From contig CBFFSA010000010.1 of assembly GCA_965644495.1 (NCBI GenBank), positions 248,001 to 312,000 of the forward strand: a stretch of 64,000 nt of DNA. The letters run 5' to 3'. Under the pieces are notes generated by a model that was not told where the DNA came from, made no database searches, and saw only the letters and a list, made by a program, of their open reading frames with translations. The DNA is from Perkinsela sp. CCAP 1560/9. Its lineage: Eukaryota > Protista > Euglenozoa: Kinetoplastea. Below, piece after piece: positions 54,870 to 64,000 of the stretch (the stretch's first letter is position 1; each line of letters opens with the position of its first letter). The position numbers were made by a program, and so were the translations under genes.

Positions 54870-56035
54870 AATTATTTTCAATTTTGTACTAACTTTATCT
54901 TCCGGAGCATGGCCTCCAATGTCACCTCACCGGCTCCCATCGCGCACGACGGCCTCCCTGGAGGACCTGTCAGCGCGCAGCGACATCCCCAGAGCTTTCA
55001 CTTCATCCAAAGTCGAGCGATGCCCGTCAAAATCCGCCCCTCGGACAGCGTCACATGGTCATATTTCCCAGACACGCATGCCGCAGCCATTGCCCTCACA
55101 GAACGAGAGTTCTTCTCGAGTGTCCACACGGCTGAAGCCTCGATCGGCAAAACCTTGAAGTCGGAAAGCAAAAGAAGTGATGGTCTGATAATCAAATCGT
55201 GTACAATTCAAGATGTCATTGAAAACAACGCATGTGAACACCTAAAATACCAAGAAACGGAAAACCCAAGTCGCACGTTTTGTCACGCCAGCTGGAGTTC
55301 CGCCTACAGGGATTCGTTCAGGCAGCTTAACGCAGTGTACTCCTCTTCGAACGCGCTCGGCAAAGCGGTCACGAAGAAATTATGTGGTAGTGACATCCCA
55401 GGATTACGAAAATTCCAAATCACACACGTAACTCGAAAAATACAACCCATTGAACTACTACGGGGTCACCCAGAGATCACCTACGACGCACCCTATAGGA
55501 TCCGAGATGACTCTTACAAGGTGTCACCGCCATCATATGCCTCAAAACACGATTCCGAACCACGTGCCCCATGCGCTCATAAATGCCGGGACAAAACATC
55601 GTGTCTCCACGCATGTTGCAAAGTACGACACGAAGGATCTCTTCCGCCTAACGTGTCTCTTCCCTCTCCGGAGGACGTTGCCCCTATGGAACCCTCACTT
55701 CTCACAGAAGACCGTGTAAACACACATGCCGCGACAAAAGAAATTGTCTGCACAAGTGTTGCAAAGTGGGGGTCCCCATTACAGATGCCCAAACTAGTCC
55801 TCAACCAATGCTACCCCTCGTGGAACCACCCATAGCTCGAGCAAGTAGTCCACTACCAGCAGACTTATCCATAGACACCGATCAGCATACCACACCAGAC
55901 ATCGGACACTTCGAAGAGGTCAGGGATCCGGAGCTCCCGACCGTAAATCCGCCCTCACTAGGATACATGGATGACGCCACACACCACACACAAACATCAA
56001 CCAATGAAGTCAATTATCGCCCCTGTCGGCACATA

Positions 56036-56170
56036 CAGGGGTGAAAACTTCCATCTGGGAGGGGTCTAAATTTTGTAAAAATTGTTTAATTTTGGAACAC
56101 AATAGCGCATTGGAGAGCTCTCGCAGAGTTGTATGTCTTTGGCGTATTCAGAACGCTCGAGAACGCCCTG
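56036..56170. mobile_element. 135-bp Tc1-derived insertion with TA TSD
   Basis: TA|CAGGGGTGAAAAC...GAACGCCCTG|TA. The first ~100 bp match the left TIR at 60572; removal restores CRHICNNKAQCKHRCCK. Confidence 0.88.
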
Positions 56171-58551
56171 TATGTAACAACAAAGCTCAGTGCAAGCATC
56201 GATGTTGCAAAAATGGTGTCATACAACCTAGCACGGAGGTTGTACTCCGCGAACCCGTCCGTACCTCTCCAGACCTGCACACCAGCAATGACAACAACAC
56301 CCCTGCCCCAACAGCGCCTCGTCGCAACTGCGCTCATAAAAGTAAGGACAAGGCAACATGTAAACATCAATGCTGCCAGAAAGGAGTTCTCCTCAAAGTC
56401 GCTGAAGTAGCGTACTCTGCCATATGCTGGACCACGAGAAATATACTGTGCCCTGCAATGGGTGATGCGGAACGCGCCGCAAAAGCTTCACTACCGCCCC
56501 CTCCACGCGCAACAACCTACCCCCCAGTTCACATCAACCCCTCGAATCGCTCGAGTCCAATACTGAGCCCTGTGCGGAATGCACCACTTGTCCACGCCCC
56601 GCAACATGATTCTCCTTCTGTACGCCGCTCCTCACCTTCTTTACCCCTTGTGCAGTCCGCAACAGATCCCACGCCTCTGCCCTTACCTTTACCTCCCCCA
56701 CCAGAAGGAAACTGCGAACACACGATATTGCAGCGCATCCCTCGTGTCAGGCAAGTCCCGGCTACCCGACCTCTCCCTGAACTGCAGAACCTACTCGAAA
56801 CATTCCGCACAATAAATGGAGGTCGCGTTCTAGTCCGTTTCACAGAGGAACAGTGGGAGAGTATTATTGCGAAGATCGAGGAACGCTGCAACTCGTATAT
56901 CCACCTGGCGCGAAACAAAGAGGACGCCCTGTCGCAAGCTGAAATACTCTCAGCAATCCTCGCTGTAACTGCATTCGAGGCCGCACGGGAAAACGATCCG
57001 ACGCACGGCTTTCTTATACGGACCAGAACTGGCAGAGCCCGAAGAAACTCACGACCCTTAGCCATTGAACGCACAGTGAAAGTACTCAGTCAACACGTTC
57101 GACAACTTAAACGTGCGCTAACGTTCATGAAGGGTCCTGCGAGAAACAAGCAACGAGGGGAAATAAAGGAAGCCGAAAAGGCACTAAGCAGTACATGGAA
57201 GAATCCAGTATGCAGAGGAAAGAAATCGATCGACGGTGGGCTCTTACGCGATTCCAGCGAAATCCCTGGACAGCCGCCGGCGAATGCTTAGATCGCGTCG
57301 ACCCATCTACCTCAGAAACTGAGACGTCCTACCCCACAGTTCCTGTACAGGAGGTTGAAAGATTCTTTGTGGGCTCAATGTCTAGGCCAGAAGAGATACA
57401 CAAGATTCCTCCCGCAGAATTTACGAAACCAATTCCCCTTGATGAGATGCAATGGTCAGATATTGACTCAGACATGATCGCAGCAGCCGTCGCTCTGGGG
57501 CTGCCCCAGGCTCGGACACTGTATCGAACGCGCTGCTAAAGCGCTGCGCCCCTGTCTTTACTCACATGGCACAGGTGTTCAATGATGTCCTAAAATTTGG
57601 TGTATGCCCTCCAACCTGGAAAACTGCGGTCACTCGACTTATCCACAAAGGGGGCCCCACCTCAAGTATGGAAAACTGGCGGCCGATAAGCTTGACTAGC
57701 TGCATTGGGAAGCTTTTCCACTCAATCCTCAGTCACCGTATCCTTCAGCATTCCCTGGATTCCAATGCCCTGGACACAACAATACAAAAAGGCTTCTTGC
57801 CGCACATGAATGGGACAGTTGAGCACACCCAGGTCCTTTGCGAGCTCCTCGAGCACCAGCGGCGCCACAAAAGGCAATACGTGCTTGCCCAGTTTGATAT
57901 CAAAAACGCGTTTGGATCTATACCCCATACAATTTTATTTCAGGCCTTAAAATGGGCGCGCGTCTCACCGATCCTCATTAACTACATCAAAGCGCTGTAC
58001 GAACGAGCGTCTATACAAATTAAATGTGCAGAAGGACTCACGAAGTCTATTGAGATAGGTCGTGGCGTATTGCAGGGAGATACGCTTTCGCCTATTTTAT
58101 TCAACTTGGCGATGGAGCTAGTTCTGCGTTTTGTCCGTTCAAGTTGCCCCGAATACGGGATCACGTGGAATGCGAAAGAAATTTTTCTAAAAGCCTTCGC
58201 AGATGACCTCACTATTCTGACAAATACCCCCCAGGAAATGCAGAATGCTACAAACGCACTCGTCAAAGTTCTAAGCGATATTGGGATGAAACTAAACGTG
58301 AAAAAATGCCGGCTGCAACACATGGCGATGACGCAAGACTCTGGATATATGACACGCCGACCACAGATCATGACCGGCACGTCACCTATCCCACACATAT
58401 GTGATAATGGTAGCACATTTTTAGGCATGACGCTCGCACCCGGTGCTCAACAAGGCAAGACACTCTTTCTAAAACTACGAACCCGTCTGCGAGCCTGGTT
58501 GCGTAATATATCTTCCAGCGCACATGACCTTCCCGCGCGCCTGTGGATATA

Positions 58552-59298
58552 CAGTGGTTTCAGTTGATCTTGCCCCCCCCTCGGAATTTTGATTTTTTTT
58601 ATCCGTTTTTGCTCATCTTTGCAGCATTGGAGAGATCTCGTTCCCCTAGCGAAGGGCTTTGCCGCCCGTTTTTCATAGAGACCCCCTGGTGCCCCCTGGG
58701 TGACCCGAAAGTTGACCAAAATAAAAACAAATGACATTTTTTTACCAATGAAAAATAGAGCAAAAAACGGATTTTCTGTCCAAAAGTTAACTCTGAAGGC
58801 AAAGAACTAGTATCCGGAATGGCTTCCATTGTTTTGCAACACGCTTCGAAGTCTATTTGGGATCGAATTCAATTGTGTCGCACACATTGTGGAGTTGTCT
58901 TCTCTTTTGCCATTACTTTGTTCGACGTACTCCCCCTGTTTGGGGTATGAGGGTCTGATCTTCATAATGTAGAGGTGTTGACTAAATTGAACTAGGCAAT
59001 AGAGAGGGTACTAGACATAGAGCTTTCAAATTATCAATTTAGAACGCTATCACTCGTACTTACAAGTGCAAAATATGCAGAAAATCGGGAAAATGTGGCA
59101 AAAAATAGTTGTGTACACAGAAAACGTTCTTAAAAACAGTGTTTTTTGGACCCAGGGGGAACCAGGGGGTCTCTATGAAAAACAGGCGGCAAAGCCCTTC
59201 GCTAGGGGAACGAGATCTCTCCAATGCTGCAAAGATAAGCATAAACGCATAAAAAAAATCAAAATTCCGAGGGGGGGCAAGATCAACTGAAACTACTG
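58552..59298. mobile_element. Tc1/mariner-type MITE with ~140-bp TIRs and TA TSD
   Basis: TA|CAGTGGTTTCAGTTGATCTTGCCCC ... GGGGCAAGATCAACTGAAACTACTG|TA; removal restores LWIYNNGIISRLRY. Confidence 0.95.
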
Positions 59299-60571
59299 TA
59301 CAATAACGGCATCATCTCTCGTCTGCGGTATTCCTTCGTCGTGAACTCATGCCTTACCTTCAATCACGTACTTCGTCTACAGCGATGCGCCACACGCGAA
59401 ATTCGGAAATGGTTAAACGTAGCGAAGTCTGCAACTAGTGAGCTGCTCTATTCAGAACATGGCTGGAATCTCATGAGCCTGTCAAAATTTTGGCTTCTTT
59501 CCACTGTGGGGACAATGGAACAAATGGATAAATCGCGTGATCCCGAGGTCCAGCACGCTTTATGTGAGCGCATCAGGCGAGAAGCGAACAAAAGGAGAGC
59601 AGGATACATTCGCCCGCCGACGGATATGCACAGTACAAGCCATAGTAACGTCCGAAGACTCCTTGGAAGCGAATACGAGCGACACCTCACGGAAGCCGTC
59701 CAACGGCGTACTGCCGTAGCAGGACGATGGTTCAGAATCGCAACGGAAGCAGACCTTGCGAGAGACTTCGCCGCCGCCCTATGCAACCTCAAGAGTGAAT
59801 CGCTTTCGCGGTTCACATCCTCAGTGCTTACCGAGACGCCGCTCCCAACCAGGGCATCTCTTCGTAGGTGGGGCGTATCGACACATGCGAGCGATAAATG
59901 TCCCATCTGTGACACCGACACACAAACTACGCGGCATATTCTATCTGGTTGTAGGAAGTCACTCGAACAAGGGAGGTATACCCTACGGCATAACATGGTA
60001 CTACAGGCATTAGCGAACTCCGTACAACGATTCTCCTCCACTAGTCAATGTCACTTCGATCTCCCCCACTTCCGCTCCACCCCCGCGTGGCTCACGAACC
60101 TTGATACTGAGCTACGTCCTGACGGATGGGTGAAACTATCTAACGGAGAAGAATACATTATAGAACTTACCTGCCCTTGGGAGGAGAACTTTGAGTTCGC
60201 ACACGAGCGCAAAATTGAAAAGTACACGAGTTTATATCACTCTAGAAAACTCGACCATCCTACCACATTCCTACTCGTCTTCGAGGTGGGAGCGAGAGGC
60301 AAACGGCATATGTCGGCCCGAACGCTCAACTCTCTCTTCATGGGAAATGAAGAAGCGGTTGCAGTGTGTCGCCGAAATATGACCACTAGCGCTCTCCGGG
60401 GAAGTTTCATAATTTTCCAGCACCGCGAGAACAAACAGTGGATGGAGGTTAGTTCTGGGGAGTGAGTCGCTGACTGTCAGGTGATTTCAACGCGTTTTGT
60501 GCGCGTAATATGGAACTCCCATATTCACCGTCTAATCTCTGTAGAATATTTTCTACATGATAACATACATA

Positions 60572-62129
60572 CAGGGGTGAAAACCTCGTGGTGGGGGGGG
60601 TCTAAAATTCGTAAAAATTATCCAATTTTGGAAAGTAATAGCGCATTCGAGAGCTCTCACAGAGTTGTATGTTTTAGCACTATTTGCGGCCTGTGACTCA
60701 ACATGAAACGATGAGACAAAAAAAATCATGATTTTTTTTCTTGCCCAAATTTACGTTTTTTCAGTTTTTAGCTGTTTTTCAGTCAATATTAGCACTATAT
60801 GCCCCAGAAACGGATTCGTTCCCGAACCTCCCGTGGTGTACTCAGCGACAGGTCCTATTCCTCCCCCGCACGGGTGATACCAAGTCACCGTATGCTTCTT
60901 GTCTCAGATTATCTTGAGACAGGGTCCTATTCTCGGACAGCCCAAAACTTCGGCGTCCACGAAAATACAGTAAAACGTCTTGTGATACGCTATGAGAACA
61001 CTGGAGACGTGGAAAGCTCTCCTATTTCACGCCCATCTCCTGTCAGTACCCCTGCGCTGCACGAAGCAGCTATCCGCCTCATTGATGAGGGATACCGTGA
61101 CCTCCCGTACGGGATTGAGAACTGGTGTGCACTCCATAGAGTTGTGCTTTCTCTTGGATTTCAGTGTTCAAGACCAACTTTGGTTAACGCCATGAAGAGC
61201 CATGGTATGATCATGCGAACTTTAAAAAGAAAGCCCGCACTGACCGATGAACACAAGAGGAAACGAGTGCATTTTTGTTCTGAGATGCTCACTTGGTCAG
61301 ATACCCAACTGAGACAAATTGTTTTCTGCGATGAGAAGAAGTTCACTTGCGGTAGGGGACGAAACAAAATTACTTACCTTTGCCGGAAGACTGACCCCGC
61401 CAAGAAACAGCAGGGAGAGCTAGAACCTTGATATGGAGGGAACGGCGTCATGGTGTGGATGGGGGTCAGTTTAAATCATGGATTTCATCTACACATTTTT
61501 CCCTCCCACGACCCTTCCGGCCGAAAAGTAACTGTAACAGGGGATGTTTTCAATGACGCCTTGAAGAAGCGCAAAGGACTTTTAAATTATTTGAGGCGCC
61601 ACCCATCTGGGGTCGTTGCAATGGATAATTGTCCTGTTCATAATTCTGCGCGAACAACCTTTCGCAACGAAGGTATTATTGTACTCTCTTGGCCTGCAAA
61701 ATCCCCCGATTTAAACACCATTGAAAACCTTTGGGGGACCATGGACAGGATCAAAAATGATCTTCGACCCAAGAATCGGGCTGAATTAGTATCGGCCATT
61801 GAGACAGCGTTCGAAAGATTACAATCAGAACGCAAGCAAGAATGTATTAACACGATGAGCAGTTTCCGCAAGCGTTGTCGCATCGTTATTGAGCGAAACG
61901 GGTCTTCCTGTGGGTATTAAGGGTAATTTTTGACCATTTTTTACAGTTTTTCAAATTTGCAAATCGTGTTTTTGACCCTTCCATCAAAGGGGGGTACCCC
62001 CCTAACCCCCGCAAACTGCCTATCTTAAAACATACAACTCTGCGAGAGCTCTCGAACGCGCTATTATTTTCCAAAATTGGACAAATTTTACGAATTTTAG
62101 ACCCCCCCACCATGGGATTTTCACTCCTG
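60572..62129 (+). mobile_element. Full-length Tc1-like transposon; transposase 60799-61920 with one in-frame TGA
   Basis: TA TSD and ~105-bp imperfect TIRs; FCDEKKF, *YGGNGVMVW, MDNCPVH, WPAKSPDLNTIENLW. Confidence 0.95.
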
Positions 62130-63399
62130 TATATGAACGGAAATAAAGAGCTTGGGGGTGTTGTTCGCACTTCATATCTTCCTGCATCGCTAACTTTTTT
62201 TCATCGCAAATATGCGTTATGGAGACGGTTAAGATTTGGAGGCGATTAAGAAGTGTTTTTTTAACATGCTACACACCCAAGTATGCTAAGTGGACCCTTT
62301 GATTAGTTTACCTGTACGTACATGGATAAGCTTTTGTTTTCATACATGGATAAGCTTTTATTTCTTTCCTTAGCTGCTAGCAATACCTAACACATGATTT
62401 AATACGAATTTGAACATTTTTTAGAGTGGGACTGCTGAGTAAAGTATAACAAATACCGTATTAATGTGTCGAACTAATGGTCACCGAATTAATGGACCCA
62501 TGCAGTAATTGTGTATAGGAGCGAAGGAAGGAGACGTATTTGTATCCATTATCTGATATGAAAGCATGGCATAATAATATTTTGATGAGATTTTAGTGAA
62601 AAGATGACAGATGACTAGGGGGGTGCAATAAAAATATTAAATTGTTTGTATTTATCATTATTAAAACTAATTAATTAGTAGGTGGGAGTAGTATAAACTT
62701 TATACAACGTGTGGGAAAACGTAAGGTCTAGGCAAGTCTCTTAGGGAAAGTCAAACGACAACCAGCTGGTCGTGATTGCTTCATCATGCAATGCGACTCG
62801 TTCTACTTGTCGGAGATTAAAAAGAAGATCAACACCCCGAGAAATAAAGAAATTTATGGTCACCGAAGTAATGGACTCACGTAGTAAGTGTGTACAGGAG
62901 CGAATGCAGAAGACGTATTTGTACAGCAATTGAAAAGCAGGTTGAATATTTGTAAAATGTAAATGTTTGATTGAACGAAACATGATTGAGAAGCAAATAC
63001 GTTTCAGTAATCTAGGGTAGAGCGGCAGTCATACAACGACGAAAAATGGGCTCTTCTAAACATTTCGTGCGTATCGCCCCACAGACCCCCCATACACCGT
63101 CCCTCCATAGGCCCGAGCATGGACTCCCATTTTCTTCCCTTTTTGGGTCTTCTTTTGGACCACCGGGGCCCTAATTAATATTTTTCTTTCTATTATATTA
63201 CTGTGTTCTTCTTTATGTTTTCCCTGTTTTCGTCCGTCGAAAATGGTAAACAACGTCCCCTTTCAAAAAAAATATGTCACTTATTCTCTTTTGAGACCTT
63301 TTTTGGGACCTCGACTAACCTTCTACGCCGTTCATTTCAGGGGATACCCTTTATTATAGCTAGGGCTACCAAAATCGCTCATTGTCAGGGACTCTGTAA

Positions 63400-64000
63400 A
63401 TACGCTTGTCACCTGTCCCAAGCCCGAATTTGCCACGCGTTTCTCTACTGATTAGGGAAGGATCGAAGCTTGATGCACTGAAGTGCAACGTTCCTTTTCA
63501 GGTCCATCGAAATCATTCCGAATACGTGATGCTGCTGCTTTACTCACCCTTTGATCGTACTCTTCACGCCTTCGGCAATATTTGTATGGTACCCGTGGGC
63601 CACAACAAACTCCTTACTATGATTAAGAGCAATGCATCTGCAACATTTCCCAAAATCAACCTACCACTCCAACAATCAAAAACCACGAGGGAGCGTTCTC
63701 TTGTCAGAATAAAATTCTCCAAGGTAGCCTTCGCACGAGTCTTCACCAATTTCCAGTGGGTTCTTCCACTTTTCCGTCCAATCACCTCGGAAATGGTCAC
63801 AAGCCACCAGCATTCTTTTGGTTGTCGTCTTCCGCGGTTATGTTTCGTTTTGCCAACGTAAGTTTTATCAACTTGAACTTCTGAGAGCTCATAGTTTGCA
63901 TTTTCTTCTTGATGAAGGGTGGCATTTCCTACGTCGTGGAGAATCTTGGTGCGCCATGTCCTGGCGCAAACCACGGTTCCTACTGATTTGTCCGGGGCTC
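63400..64000 (-). pseudogene. Merlin transposase remnant (fourth copy)
   Basis: VQVDKTYVGKTKHNRGRRQ..WW..THWKLVK..VVFDCWSG. Confidence 0.88.

Larger units (their letters stand above)
54835..60569 (+). mobile_element. Near full-length RLE-type non-LTR retrotransposon (HERO/NeSL-like); single ORF 54909-60465 disrupted by about 3 frameshifts and 2 insertions
   Basis: NWRPISL, QKGF, DIKNAFGSIPH, GVLQGDTLSP, AFADDL, CPIC..HILSGC, RH..VL, RPDG..ELTCPWEEN..RK..KY, EVGARG. Confidence 0.95.
54608..62215 (+). pseudogene. LRR pseudogene split by the retroelement and Tc1 (pieces at about 54608-54836 and 62130-62215)
   Basis: ISDNNLTGILNLEHF..LKGLNLEYNDCSGAVKLNALPPGLELL continues as YMNGNKELGGVVRTSYLPASL. 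Confidence 0.75.

Noticed and set aside
54841-54950. Functional SL RNA gene
   Set aside because: No GT donor, SL intron or tandem array; the sequence runs directly into the retroelement UTR.
61429-61431. TGA readthrough or alternative genetic code
   Set aside because: Host genes have no internal stops and use TGA as a terminator, so a point mutation is simpler.

Overview
Eukaryotic nuclear DNA, very probably from a kinetoplastid (my best guess is a Perkinsela-like prokinetoplastid; this is inference). Evidence: all ~17 recognisable host genes are intronless and on the + strand like a polycistronic unit, one gene looks like a KREPB-type editosome protein, and a spliced-leader (SL)-like sequence is present. 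Host genes: proteasome beta5, three LRR proteins, KREPB-like, RPF1, PIG-M, RAD5/16-like SNF2, cis-prenyltransferase, PI4K, TOP3A, a thioredoxin/PDI-like protein, three hypotheticals, a deleted UPF1 pseudogene and a split LRR pseudogene. The intergenic DNA and the whole 48-64 kb segment are dense with transposon remnants (Merlin/IS1595, hAT, pogo, Tc1, TA-targeting MITEs, RLE-type and other non-LTR retroelements), often nested. Main observations: (1) a near full-length RLE retrotransposon whose 5' end is an SL-like sequence joined directly to its 5' UTR, apparently retroposed from a trans-spliced mRNA, and carrying three unusual Cys/His zinc-finger repeats; (2) seven ~1-kb islands in which the + strand flips from extremely C(A)-rich to extremely G(T)-rich regardless of position in the gene, which are candidate replication origins or bidirectional promoters; (3) a UPF1 gene destroyed by internal deletions; (4) an SL-like 20-mer conserved in two Merlin transposons. 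All calls come from motif recognition by eye; no searches were run, and boundaries of decayed elements are approximate.
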